A stretch of 64,000 nucleotides of DNA from Phoronis australis (GCA_002633005.1 NMRA01000097.1:446686-510685); one strand, 5' to 3'. Positions 11,558 to 25,638 are shown, counted from the stretch's first letter. Numbers and translations: made by a program. The notes: generated by a model not told the origin, from the sequence alone.

Positions 11558-14016
11558 CTCTACGTGTGTTTTAGGCTCTTTTTAGACCTTAACAGGGAAA
11601 GATGAGTTGAATGTTTCAAACTTGAATGTGCCCGGTTCATCCACGCGACTGTCCCGGTGACGCCGGAGGTTTCGGGCCGGGGTTTTGAAGTCTTTGCTAG
11701 CCCTGAACAGAAGAACTCCTTCAACTACTGCCTTTAGCGCTGTTTGTAAAATTTCTTCTTTATACTTTCGTACCATCTCTAAAACCAAAATACCGAATAT
11801 CTGATATCATCAAGATCTTTAAGTCGGTAAATTTAGATATTCTCTTTAAATTTCTAAAAAAACTTGCATCAAACAAAGTTACACAACGTAGGACCTAACC
11901 TTTTTACCTATCCCTTCACCCGTTAGCGTTACAAATGTGCCAAGTAAATGAAAACAGTAATCATATCATTAAATTGCGAAAACACGTTGTCTTTTTCTTT
12001 AATTCAAGTTACATGTAGTTATTTGAAGGCAGAGCACACTTCTACTGACAGAATTCTAAGTGTACAGGGCCAAACACCAACTTCATTGGGACAAAAAGCC
12101 CATGTAGCTGTCTTGCCTCACCAGCATGGAGGCCTTTTACCCCCAGAAAACAGCCATCTAATTTTAACAATATACCGTACAAGAAAGGGAGATAAGTCAA
12201 AAAAATGACTCCAACAACAACTTCATACACTGGTTTAGCAGCAATTTCATCTGAAGTGTCAGTTATTATTAGTAAGGCATACGACATTAAAAGTAACGAA
12301 GTGTCGTCTTTACTAGAAAACCAACTTAAACAAAAAGCTTAGCTCATCAACATACCGTTGAAGTCTGAGTTCCAAAAAACCTGTCAGCAGACGATCGTGT
12401 AAAACCAGAAGACGTAAAGCACCACGTGGCTGTCTACGTTGTATAATTCCCGACTTGTGGGTTGTTGGCGTTTGTCCCCGCGTAAGCTTTTTGCACCATG
12501 TTATTCTAGAACTATTATACCTGCCTGGGAAGTAAGCCACTGGCAACTATTTTAGAGTTATATATCCGAAATTGGTGACTTGAAATGGAAGTGATGTAAG
12601 GATCTTAGCCAAACAAATGCAAACATTCATTGGACCCTCATAACACTAATGCCACCATGATGCTGATGGCACCTGCCTGCTCTCAGTCTAGTTCAGATGT
12701 GTTAAAATCAACTTAGTGAACACTGACTTGGGCAGATAGACAAATCGGTAATCAGCAGACCTATGTAGCGTTCATAAAGAACTGTTTCTCTGTTCAACAT
12801 ACATGTACATGTATGAATAAATAAAATAGGTAGGTGTTGGAATGCCGTGCAGTTACCGGCGGTTAAGACGGTAAATTAGTACAAAGTAAAAAGAGGAGCG
12901 TCGGTGCTCAACTATATTAAACATTTTCCAACCTTTGGGGGGCAAGCTTTTTACCAAGGCAGTGACGAACTGCGGATTAAATAGCTATAATGTATAAAGT
13001 AGAGGTCAACTGCGCTACTTTACATATCTATCTATTCTGCAGTCTGTTATCTTTCCCTTGATAAAGAGTTATTTCTTGAAACATGGATAATGCTTTGATA
13101 TACTTTAGTATCGACTCTCATCGTATTATTTATACATGAAATATTTAACATCTGATCGTGTGTAGATTTACGAACAGGAACCTTGTTAAACTATAGCCGC
13201 CGACAAGCCAAGCTTGATTCGCCCACACACGAGACAACGGTTTCATCCGCCAACTTGGATATGTGTAACTACAAGTAGGTAGCTTGAACACACCGATTCA
13301 TGTACAGTGTACGTTCCCCCAAAAATGGACAGGAGAGTAAGAGATGTTGAACTCCATTGTTCCTTTTTTGTATGCCATTTTAAATACATGTACCTTCACC
13401 ATTAACAAAAGCTCAGATTTATTCACGAAAAGCTCCCGTGAACGGGTTTTGAGTGTTTCTAACATTGCTAAAGGAGTTTACTATGAGGTACTTTTCAAGG
13501 CCAGCTACGTAAGTCGACAACAGAGTCAGTATTCAATAAACATTTGTCTTCCCACAAAAGCAAAGTGTTACGCCCATTCCAATAATTACAAATCCTTGCT
13601 ATTGCCAATCATCCCTACATCGGCAGGCCAGCGAACGCCGGGTTTGAGGATTAAAAAACTCCTTTGTCCAAACAACCCAAACTATTCACTGACTCCCGAG
13701 TGTATTATGAAGTGTTGTTTTCGCCATATACTCGCTCTATATTATTTTAAGAGACATATACATTTGATGGTGGGGTCCTTCAGAGCGCAATGTAATAACC
13801 TGCTTGTTTATTCTAGTTTAATACAAGCAAAGGCGCAGCCGCTGCGATTTCACAACTTGAAAGCGTGGTCTCGTGAATTGCAAGAGGTGGCGGCCAGATC
13901 TGACATATGTTGAAGTATTTTGACTCTTGACTCTTTGGTGTGAGCTGTCATCTCTGCTGTCGTTCACTTAAAGCAAGCAGCTAAGCTGGCAGCTATCCAT
14001 CTGCGTTGTCCCTTAC

Positions 14017-14099
14017 GTAGATAAGGCCATCACTTTTGGCTTTCACACCAGTCCACTCGTATTGCCTCACGTTGAATCTGGATAATTTCGGACAAGTTC
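14017..14099 (-). CDS. Main gene, exon 7: N-terminal exon of second CTHRC1-type domain
   Basis: ctttAG...GTAAGG, phase 1-0, 83 nt, GTCPKLSRFNVRQYEWTGVKAKSDGLIY. Confidence 0.85.
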
Positions 14100-17000
14100 C
14101 TAAAGTGAAAGATCACCTTCGTTATTTGCTGAAGAATTAAGTTGTGCGGAAACGTTACTCTACTTAAGTATATTGTCGGTTGCCAAATACATTTTAAAAG
14201 CATATCCAAATATAAATAATTTTCTAAGCACACATAGACATGCACCACAGGTAGGGGGATAGGTTGGAACGAGGAGGGGAGAACATTCAGAGCGTGAATA
14301 ATGAAGGTCAGGACGAGGGTAGGGGGAGTAGCAGAGAAGCGGCTGCAGGAGGGAGAACGGGTGGTAAGAACAAATGGTAAGTTTTCGGCGGACGGATCGA
14401 TGGTGAGACAAATGCGAATTACGAAGGCCTTGGAGACAACTACGTGGAATATAAAATTTCCGTCAGCTTTGTTTCGAGTACGACGCAGGACCAGTATACT
14501 TGCAGCCCAGATAATTCAATGTAAATGAAAGAGGTAAACATGCCAACGTCTGACCACAGCACACTTAGATTTCACCACACTACGTGTGGAAATGAATGTA
14601 TGCCGGAGTCTGCACTCTGGATATGACCTTGTGACCACAAATTGAGGTAGACCAGATTGTATATTGCAGGGTTGTAATCATGACAAACTGAATAGTTTTA
14701 ATACAGCCTTTTTGGTAGTATCTGCAAATCCTTGGAATGTTGACGGATGCAGTATTCCCGATTGAGTTCATAATTTGCATGTTGCCTTGCACCATAGTAT
14801 AGGTAGTTATGCCGCAATGTTGCTGAAGGCTCGGTTTTTTTTTCGTTTATCATGAGAAACTTGACGTGAGAGGAACTAAAAGACGAGCAAAATGAATTTC
14901 ACATCATCTGATGTTAAACTAGATAATTAGCTTTAAAAAGCAGTTGGTTATTGCAAATAACTGTATTTTGTGCAAGTAAATATTTTTCAACTACTTTTTT
15001 GTTTTTCTTTGTTGACTTACCATTGCTTTAGTGAGGGCAGTAAAGTGGGGTACACAAAAACGCGAATTCTGTTCAAGTTCAAAGAATTACTTTTAGAAAA
15101 CACCGAGAGTACCGTACAAAACATTATCATTGTTCTAGATTTGGACTTTGTTCTTTCATTTCATCCATAGTTTAATTTGGCAAAACATAACTGCTCCTCA
15201 CAATTTTGAAATCATCGGTCCTTGTCAGCTTTCGAAAACGTCCTTCAGGCGTCGCTAGTAATTGGTCATAAGACGCTATTTTTGCCAAGATCTTACTTTG
15301 CACTTTGATGTAACAGGTCAATGTCACTGGACGCAATTGATGGATAACATGACAGGGTGAAAGAGTTTGCTATATCGGCTCACATCTCAGAGATTAGAAA
15401 ACATCAAAATGGCGGGATCGGAGAACATCAGATGTTCATTCGCAGGACGATCCAGCTGTAAGTGCTCATCAGCCGGCGACGAATTTCCTGTTGCCGGTTA
15501 AGACTTCTAAAAATAATACGGCAAGCCATATGGGAGAAATTAATGTGACTGAAGACGTTGGAGAATATCATTTGTTAATCAACAGAAGAGTAATCGAGCA
15601 ACGTTCCTTAACTAGTTATAGTTATAAAGTCAGACGAGCTCACAGCCTCACACCGCTTCGATTGTTTGAGGTTTCTGTCGAAGAAAACACTGCTGTTGTC
15701 CAGGTCATCATGGTCAACGTGGTGCAAGCATCCAAGTCGAGCAGACCGGTGAGCCTGAAGTTCTCGAGTGAAGTGAACTGTTTTATAAATGCGATCTTAT
15801 AGGCGCAGGTGAAAAATCTGACAGCTAAAGCGTTACTAGTAATTATGATTATACTTCTGGCATAATCAATAGTGAGTGTTTCAAGGGGACCGTGGTCCCC
15901 TGTTCATTACAAAATGAGTTTTCCACCAGTGGCAAATCTTTTCAATTTTGCGTTTACCTTCCCCGCCCCTTATTTGCAAAGTTTAGGCACTCATTTCTCC
16001 CCAACCCCAGCGGCGTTAGTCAACAACAGTTGCCTAAAAAGGTGGAATTCTTTGTTGAAAATTGATAATCTTACTCTACACTTGAAAAGTATTCAAAAAT
16101 ATCTTTTCGTCATGGAGGCTCACAACGCATCGCTCTAGCTACTCTGAATGACAGTGACTTCCACTTGCACTCAGTTGTCATGAAGGGGAATACCATGCTA
16201 TTTTATAGTTTTGATGTGTACAGTACCAATGCCATAATCTCTAGGCTTGCGGTAGACTTTTAAGGTTTTTAGCCAAAACTGCTACTATTAGGGACCTACA
16301 CATGGACCACAAAGAAATATGGGGGTTATAGCCCTCCACTTTTGTCAGTGATGCGCCGCCGATGTTACATTGACCGACCTTTTTATTTGTCATCTTATGC
16401 ACAGGTCCATTTTACAATGTGCTGTCGGATAAGACGTTTGCCTTATGAAAAAACAAATGATAAACGTTCCAAGGTCGTATAGTAGCCTAATAAGTTGGAG
16501 GGAATGCCAGGCTACATGGGTTTTGCTATGACCTACCGGTAGTACATTTGGGCAGAGGTTTTCCTCGACCCGAGTGGGTATGCTGGGCACATCAGCATTT
16601 GAAAGATGTTTTCCTTTACATATTGGGCAGGGGTTCCCTCTATCCTCGGGTTACGACGTGAGTACACCGGTCTCATGGGCATCTCATTGATGTTGTAAAA
16701 AACATTGGGTAGGGATTCCTGCTATCGCCGGGTTTCGGCTGGCATTTTGATGAGCAAGACATTTGTGTCCAAAAACGTTAAACAAACCTTGTGGCTAGCA
16801 AGATAAAGCTAAATGGTGAAGAGTAGGTTATAGAAAACTCATAAAATAATGAACTGATATTTATTTTATTCCTTGCATTCTTTCGGCAGCCAAATTTCAA
16901 ACTTCTTACACTGGCGCGCGACATATAGCGAACTGACTAGATATGACACGTGACGTATTTTCATTTAAAAAAAGATAACACACTCGTTCAAATCGCGTGG

Positions 17001-19434
17001 TCTGCGAGTTTTACTCCATAAAAAGAACATCTATCAAGGTCAACTCTCAAACAATATAAGGAACTACAAATTATGTACTGAAACTGGTAATGGGTTAGGA
17101 GAGGCTCACATAATTTGAAAATTATGATTTTATACCTTGTGTTCACACTGAATGTTTCAGACAGCACAACTAGGACCAGTTTTACCTCCTGGGTAATTAA
17201 TGCCGTCGCACCGGCTCACCCCATGTCGCCAGTGTAAAAAGGTTTTAGGAGACTCGGTCACGTTTGTCGGAAAAATAGTCTTCTAGTCGTATTTGACATT
17301 TTCACTTGCAGACGACAAGTGGCAGCAACTACACAAGATCTCGCTTTGAAGCGCGAAATCACATTACCAAGACCACAGACACCCCTACACAGCTGAACAT
17401 TTTGATGTGGTAAAAAGTGATTTTAGGGGCATTGGTGGACATGAAATGGTACATGTACTTCCCTTGCTATTTTTTGGACTGGGAATCGAAGTAACAATGC
17501 GGTTTGCAGCACTACTAGATTCGATCTGCCTGTGATTCGACACTCGCTCATGTTTCCCTGTCAATTTGGTAAGCATTCGCCAAGTTGGTGAACGGACTCT
17601 TGCCGTCGTCGGTGCTGCACTGAATTTGCCAATGGCGAGCGGCTACCACAAGCCTAGACTCTGTACCCCAATACGTTGTTGTAGGCTTGTACCCCTTTCG
17701 TTTTTGAATTACAATGAATCTTTGTTTTTAGGAATACTGAGCTGCTGGAAATCTTACGGAAATGAGAATCTCATGTTTCCCGCCTTCTTGTCAGTGCTAA
17801 CACTCCAGTTGTCAAATTGACAACACTAGAAGAAACCTGGGGGACATGATCTCCAAAACTTTTGGTGCAAGATGGCTCAAGGTCTTGACTGTTTGTATGG
17901 AAGGACCCCGATTTTCATTTGGCTCCAAGACAGAGCTGAATACCCCGACCGAAGAAGCAATTTGGCAATTAAGCAGTGTATGACGGCGTCATATAAAAAT
18001 GGACTGCAACAATTTCTTGATATACAACAAAAGATAAACAATTTGCGCATATGTCAGCTGTCTAGGCATGTTACGCAATTTTACCTACTCTTTGGAAAAT
18101 GACATGCACAAATATGCAAGCTTCTTTTTTTAATTGCTGAAGCCATCATGACAAGTTATGTAATAAGCTGTTTTAGCCTACTGCAGTCCTGTGATTAATT
18201 TCTCATCGAGGCTGGGACACGTAAGGTCAAACAAATATATTTTGAAACAAAGTCTAGGATACTTGTTTGATTCACTCACGCTGCGTAGAGTGTCATGGCT
18301 GAAGATCGCTTGAGGATTCTTACCAAGCATTCCCAAAATACGATTTCAATTCCAAGAGTAATTTCACCAGTGTAAAGCGCATGCTGACAATGACTAGTTG
18401 TGTTGCTTTCAACGGCTCTTTGATGTATCGCTAAATATTGCTGTACCTAGTTTTAACAATCGTTATCGTAAAGTCGAAAATAAAATATTAAACTTTGGAC
18501 AAAATGAATTCATCCATGGTCTTTAAAAATCATTTTTCTTGATTGTCCATAAGTTCCTGCAAATATAATCTTCAGCACCCCATGTGTAAGACAAAGACAA
18601 AAACATGCAGCAAGTCTAATCCGTTTTTCTCACGGAAGTTAAGTATTTTTTGTTTTACCATATTGCCGAACATACGTCTGCTCATGCATCCAAGAAACAG
18701 AAACATGTTACCGGTTAAATGCCTAAATGAAATAGTAGTAGTGAGAACACAGGGTCCTGGTAATATTGAGGTGGGGGAACATAGGGCTTGGATAATATCG
18801 GGACCACAGAACAGCGAGAGCACCAAAACCAAACCTACGTATACCACCGACTTAGAAAAAATATTCCCAAGAGAAGACCTGCATAAGCAATCAAAGCCGA
18901 TATGTATTAGGTTTGGTTCTCAAATAATACACAGTGTAAAGTTACACTATGTTTAAGGACTGCGACGTAGAAAACTACCGATGCGGCTTTTATAAATTAT
19001 CCACGTCTCGGTCCCTATGTTAAGCTTTCCACATGCAGTAGGCCAGCAGGTTAACCAATGGAAACCTCTTCCATATTTGAGATGAAACTGAGCTAAATTG
19101 AACAACAGTGCCACGACGGCGAAGGAAATTGTAGAACCTCATTGAGCGCGACCTCCGGCGTCACGAAATTTTGCAGTCATTTCTGATTTCAAATTAGCAT
19201 GTCAGTAGAACAGTTTCTCACTAAAGGTGTGAACTTGATAAATTATCTAATGTACCAGAGAGTGACACCTTCATAAAACATCGTATTCTGTTGCTTAAGA
19301 ATGACTTTGACAGGATCATCTTAGTGTTCAGAAATGCATGCATAAAGCATCACCCTAAATCAAGTACATCGGTAAAATGCACAGTTCATATAAACGCATC
19401 TTGACAGTCAAAGCTGTTCTTAAACGTTCCTTAC

Positions 19435-19602
19435 CTGGGCAATACCCCCATATCTGGTCGCTGTCGTAATTTGAGGTGGTCGCACACCACAAATGATTGG
19501 GATCATTCTCAATGCAGGTACTGTACGACAAGCCCTTGTAAACGAACGGGAACGTGCACGGTGTACCTGCAGCATTACCGCCATAAGTTGGCAGGTCGGT
19601 AT
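19435..19602 (-). CDS. Main gene, exon 6: fibronectin type II domain
   Basis: ccacAG...GTAAGG, phase 1-1, 168 nt, DTDLPTYGGNAAGTPCTFPFVYKGLSYSTCIENDPNHLWCATTSNYDSDQIWGYCP with all four FN2 cysteines. Confidence 0.95.
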
Positions 19603-20479
19603 CTGTGGAAAGTAACATCCCAATACGTTTCATGAATTACTATAAATACTTATCCACAAGTAGACAAGGCAAAATGATTAAAGTTATGTCAGAGCTATGT
19701 GTGCTGTATGATGGCATTGGTTAACGCCCCAACCTTCGTATGGTCTTCCAGTCTTTAGTGTGCGCCACCTTGTGTTTGCTATGGGAACAAGTAATTTGCT
19801 TTTCTGCCTATGTCTCGTACTGTAGTAGCAACATTTAAGCACATTTCGGGAACTTACCTTGATGGCAAAAAGAGTGCACGATGAAGCACTATACATTGTA
19901 TAATTGAGTCAAAGCATGCTATTTACAGATACCAGTCACATCTTAGCTCTTTTTGAGAGCGACATATTTAGGTTCTAGATACTGATTCGGAAATGTTGAG
20001 TATTGACCAATCTCCTGCCTTTGTATCTTAGATGAAACTAACTTAAAAAAACGAAATTTGGTGTTATTATTGACCTTAGGTCAACAAAAAACATCGAAAT
20101 CGCACAACTGGCTATAACTCTATACCAACGTATGCATGCAATGTAGTTCAAAATAAAGCTTTAAAATGCATAATGTTTCAGAGGAAACCAAATTACCTTG
20201 GCAGCGCAACAGTAATGACGGTAGGATTAAAGGTTGAATATCAAAAATGTTTAGTGCATGTACATTTAGGCGGTAGCCTCATAACACAGCTTAAATTACA
20301 ACTTTACATTGATCTTTGCACTGTTGTTTAGTTCACAAAGGTTATGGCTTTGAAAAAAAGTAACTACAGTGGCATCATCTGTCATATGCGTCAGCAAATT
20401 TCTGCGCAAACCACCAAGAACATGTCAGTGACACAAAAATGAATATCGTTTTCTATTTGAATAGGATTGGTTACTCCAC

Positions 20480-20920
20480 AAATTTGCTCATTCTTGGTTA
20501 CAACGTTGTGTAGAAGTCTAATAAGCAAGACATTTATGTGTCAAATAACTACAAACTCATATGCAACTTTAAGGTACAGGATTACAAGACTCGTGAGATG
20601 GCATTGATACAATAGAAAGTCTTGTAATAAGCTCTTATCTCATATTTCTCAGATTTTCATGATGATAACAATCTTGATTCATCCAAACAATAAAGAAATG
20701 TCCCCTCAAGATACCCAAATTTTTTAGTAACACTTTCACCGTTCAACCCATTATTACCAGTACACAATCAAAACAAGAGTCTCCGCAACTTTCTTCCACA
20801 ACTGACTAAATCTTATATTATTCCTCAAAACATAATTCACGCCTTCTCTCAACCACAAAAATTCAAATGTTACAAAATTATTCAGAAAAATGCTCAATAC
20901 CAAACTGCAAAATATATGCA
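20480..20920 (+). mobile_element. Highly decayed LINE 3' fragment
   Basis: Broken ORF ending in a ...CSIPNC motif, resembling CR1-group ORF2 ends; boundaries approximate. Confidence 0.35.
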
Positions 20921-21580
20921 TCTCAGCATCTCTAAATTTTTAACAATTTAATAGTATTGGAGATATGTATCTTACAGTACCTATCATCCTGATTTTTGTT
21001 TCCCTTTGCTGTTTAATGAACTTCATACAATCATATAGTGTTGCCTGTCTAGACATTTTTTAATTTTTGTTTTTATTTTTTTTACTTTGTAATGTGGTTC
21101 TTCTTATAGTAAAATACAACAGCATAACGTAATCCTTGTTTTTTTTTCTTTATATTATTCGAAATATGTACCTAATTTTAGTTTCTCCCATAATTGCATC
21201 GGTAGTTTACATGATAGTCCCTAGGTATTTGTCCCTGTACTTGTACACATTTTACATAGATTTATAATCATTTTGTTGATACTCAACACAGGTTATGTTT
21301 CGCTCATTGTAGACATGAATACTTAGTTTATTTTCGACTAATTGCATGTGTAGATATAGATGTCTTTCACCCAACGGCTCCCGTGCCACTTTGAAACCCC
21401 CCTTGCCTTGTTTTGATATTTCTAAAGTAATCAATGACTATTATACATATAGTCTTAGTAAACCTTAGATTAGTTTTTTACCTTCGACTTCCTCGGGTTC
21501 CACTGTTGTCACTTTAAGTTGCACTTAGGAAGTATGAACGACTTGTCTAGATGTATAGCAATTATGAAGAGGTAAATAAA

Positions 21581-21620
21581 CTATCTATCTATCTATCTAT
21601 ATAATTATATATCTATCTAC
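21581..21620 (+). repeat. (CTAT)n microsatellite
   Basis: ctatctatctatctatctat followed by degenerate units. Confidence 0.85.
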
Positions 21621-22364
21621 CAATCTGTCTTTACTATCTACTGCATTGAGGGAAAAGTGTACATGTACGTAACCTCACCATGATACAATACATGCACGTG
21701 CAATGATATTTATTCCCGGGTATATGAGAGAATTTGACTTTCAAAGTCTAAATTGAAGCTGACCGCTTTCACTGAAATGGTAACCGTGTGTCTGCCTTCG
21801 TATAAAAGTGATGCCAAAAATTTTGAATGAAATTAGACCAATTGGCTGAAAACTGCAACTTCAAAAGTAACGATCAAATCACATCTAATTAGTACATAAT
21901 TTCTGGGTAGGGAGTTACATCACCCTGTAATGCCGCAGGCATCACCCGCCAGAGAGTTACGTGTTTCAGTTTGTCTGATTTGCCCATCCGGAAATAAAAC
22001 TAAAACGAAATATAAAAAGAAAAAGACGAAATGTCTATGGTTAGTAATACGTTATTTGGTTTCATTTCATTTTGATTGATGTGATAATTGATATTAACTA
22101 GTTTTATGGAAAGTCGAATAATATAGCTAGCTGATCAATATTTAAAAGATTTTGAGTTTTTGGAAAATTGAGCATGCAGTTTAACCCAACATAATTGTAA
22201 ATCAAACATTTGTTATTAAGTGTCTCCCATGTTTTAAACGCATCAATCCTTTGATTACTCTGACTTATATCGTCCGCCAGCATATCAATTTGTAAAGCTA
22301 TAAGTATAGTGGGTGTTTTACTACTCATTATAGTTACTTACCAGTATTAACAACTTTTCATTTG

Positions 22365-22648
22365 AAATGAGCTTCGAAAACATGACTTAAATTAAATACT
22401 TATTAAGGTATTGCCCGGACTATACCACACTTGCGATTCATTAATCTGTCCATCAATTATTTATATCGTGGTCTATCCTATATATATATATATATATATA
22501 TATAGGATATACCACTCAATCAATTTATATAAATGTAAATTGATTGAGTGGTATATCATATATATATATATATATATACGATGGACCATATTGTCTGGAC
22601 AATAGCTATTTAAGAATTCAATTTAAGTCCTTTTTTCGAACCTCATTT
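22365..22648. repeat. Nested foldback: perfect 22-bp hairpin inside (TA)n inside an older inverted repeat
   Basis: 22506-22527 is the exact reverse complement of 22536-22557; flanked by (TA)n runs; imperfect outer arms at about 22365-22424 and 22589-22648. Confidence 0.9.
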
Positions 22649-25638
22649 ATTTGAGTAAATCTCATTTCAAATGAGAAGATATTTATTGGTTTTCGGTTTA
22701 ATGTAAGCTGCATTAAACTTCGTGTATGCCTATATTCTATGACTATTTTGCACTCTTTGCACTGCATACAGAACGCACCAAAATTATCATACATTGCACG
22801 GACATCATTAAACTATTATATATTTAAGGTTAAATTGCTTTTAAATCTTGCTGCGTATTTATCACATTCCTATTTAGTCTAGTATCGGATAAAACACGGT
22901 GTAAATTGTATGCGAACTTTTCTCTCGGTCAGCTTTTTAACTGGCTTTTTGAACTGTTCTTCAACCCTGGGATTCACCACCATTAATTTTTCTACAGAAT
23001 AGAATCATGTAAAGTTTACATATGTATGTTGTCAATGACGGTTACGATTTCAGTAGATTTCGTTTTCCAATCGGGTAATCTTCAGTAACATAGAATTTAG
23101 CATAATTAATAATTGAACCTTTGATTGGCCAGCTCCTCCAAGTTTTACAGTATTTGCTTTTAAACAGCACCAACTTGAAGTTGTCAATGTATACAACGAG
23201 ATGCTGGAGTCAGTAATATGAAACCAGTTTTTCGGCATTGCACAACAGTCCCATTCTACAAATTATATCTATTGAGACATGCTGGCAGTTTCGGGCTTCG
23301 TTTCATAAATGAGAGCACAATTGACAGAGTCAGATGCTACAATCCGTGCATCAAACAAGGTCTCTGCACATCCAAAACTAGTTTTCCTGCGCCCACATTG
23401 GATTCGCACCGACTGACGTACATGCCAGCAAGGCATAAGTATATTTCGATGTTAATTTGTATTCAATGTGTTTGTTACTGCAGATGATGATTTAGAGCTT
23501 TCATGTATCGTCACGTGACTTTGTCTTAGAAACAGTGTTTCTTTTTATAATAGATGAAAAACATTCTGTTATTTATTGAACTTAAGTTGTATCTTTGGCT
23601 GGACTGCAACATTAAACATAATACCACAGACTGATTTTATTCATGCAATCCTGAATTTGGATAAAAATATCGATTTTTCATGCCCCACACGGTATTTCTG
23701 ATCCATACGTTGAATGCTTTGTACCTGCGCCATGTATAAGATACCTTTTACCATTCTCTTGTATTTCTAATGTAATGCCTGACTCACAAAACACACGTGT
23801 AAGTCCAGACACTTAGTTCTTTCACTTATATGAAATCGCCGGGGACATAATGCAAAACTACGTAAAATCGGTAATGGCTGCAGTAAATTAAAAAAAACAT
23901 ACGTGAGACATTTTTTTCGGCGTCTTAACATCGTTTTTCCATTTTCCGACATGTTTGTCCGGGGGTTGCACGGGGGGTCGTTGTTCGACTAGACTAAAGA
24001 GGAATCGTGTTTTACTATCCGATTCATTTCTCTGAATCGTCGTACGGTTCACATTCAATGGTATTGGAAGGAATACTCTTGAGGAAGAGGCCCAGTTGTC
24101 ACAGAGCACTTAGTAGGTTGTTTGCTCTAATGGTCTCCTCCATTTCTATGAACTCACGCATTCCTCCTAGTGCCGTGGTGGCAACCAGCCCAGACCGATC
24201 CCAAATACACCTGGCTTCGGGCTCGCCATGTCTTATCTCGGATCTCATCGGCCACGTTTAGGGTCTAAGATGCGGAGAATAAAGCCAATTGGCAGGTCAC
24301 CATCGTCAAGTCAACGACAACAGCAATTTGATTAAACTGCCCATGACGTATGAGCGCCTGCATACTCGACAACAATGTTGCTGCCAGCTTAGCAGTGTAC
24401 TGATATCGCAACCTGTGCTTAGACACTGCCTTAAGATGTAAAAATAGGGTTGACTGCGCTTACGTGCGCCTACTCCCCACTATAGCGTAAATTGCGGTGC
24501 GCACGAGCTACGTTCTACTGCAGGTCCCATTTTTCTGATGCGTAGATCCTGTTTTGCGGCGAGTCTGTCAGATTGGGAGGACCGACGGTCATGTTGTTTC
24601 TCACCCGTGACGTAACCCGGTTTTGGCATATTTTCATGTTGAAACATGCATTAAAAACGACACCTCCTTGCAATTCTCTGAAACAACATGATACTCTTTA
24701 ACCTCGACAATCCTCAATGGATTCCAGGAAGATTTGAAAACTTGTTTCAAAGTTCGGTAAATAGGCAACATGGCCGACGCTTTTAAGTCTTACATTTTTA
24801 ACCCTTATTAAATGGTTAGAAAACAATCTAAGGACCCATGCAGTACTTATCCCATATCTAATACACAATCCGTAGTCGAAGAAAGTTCACATGAACTCGT
24901 CACTCAACAATCTGGCCCAAATATTACACCGCCATTTTGAACTAACCGCAAAACCGGAAATCCAATTCATTCAGGAACCCAGGCTAAGTATACGCCGGCT
25001 GTGCGACTGGAGCAGCGTCTGCTACCAGCCTTCAAACAGGGATAAAATAATCGACCGCGGACGTCAACTTTACGAAAACCAAAATAGGGACAATTTGTAC
25101 TGAAAACGTTTATGAAATGTGGTAAAATACATTTTGACAGAAATTATTTTGCCGGGCTCGGAGGTATGTATTGTAAGTTTGTTTTTGTGAATTTTGAAAA
25201 TATATTGTTTCTGATAATTGAATATCAAAGCCAATTTAGCAAGTGATTATTTTCCCGGCGAAAATTCGAAAATTCACGGCGATTGCAGGCCGGCTTCTGT
25301 GTCCTGGCAGAAAAATCAAACACATATGTGGGGCTCACTGTCAGTTTTGAGATAAAACTTGTTTTTGTTTGGCGAAACATCGCCTTATGTGATTATTTTT
25401 TTTTCTATTTTACATTTCTAAACGGCCAGTAAAGCCTGTGCCGTTCTGCTGCTAATTACTCATGGCGCTCGCAGGTCCGGGTAGTCACCTTGCCATGGCA
25501 ATGGCTCACTTCAGGCTGGTAATTTACAACAATTTCAAAATATGACGATCCAGATAAGGCATCTGCTGATTATGAAACTTTTTCCCTCTAATTTATTACC
25601 TAAGCGGGTACCGTTGCTGAAATTTGACCTACCCTGGC

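Larger units (their letters stand above)
8991..12508 (-). mobile_element. Full-length but decayed pogo-superfamily (DD35D) transposon with OTU and PHD domains
   Basis: Ends TAGAGTAACATGGGGCAAAC (8991) and TTTTGCACCATGTTATTCTA (to 12508), 17/20 inverted match including TA. HTH_psq (ATG 11776), CENP-B HTH, DDE triad WNMDET / LLDGH / LQPFD (35 aa between D2 and D3), OTU, PHD; several stops and frameshifts. Confidence 0.9.

Noticed and set aside
13344-13913. 189-aa plus-strand ORF
   Set aside because: No domain motif, random-looking composition, antisense within intron 7 of the main gene.
14700-14830. Possible decayed second FN2 exon (LWCKAT...NYELNREYC)
   Set aside because: Needs frameshifts, lacks the N-terminal CxFPF half and clear splice sites; may be chance.
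16545-16745. Three spaced ACATTGGGCAGGGGTTCC-like motifs with about 78-bp period, superficially CRISPR-like
   Set aside because: Repeats are degenerate, spacers are related to each other, the context is eukaryotic and no cas genes are present; a decayed minisatellite.
16890-18380. Possible further DNA transposon remnants (also about 23000-25600 and 41500-41960)
   Set aside because: Subterminal-like sequence is present, but no convincing TIR/TSD pair or protein motif could be fixed.
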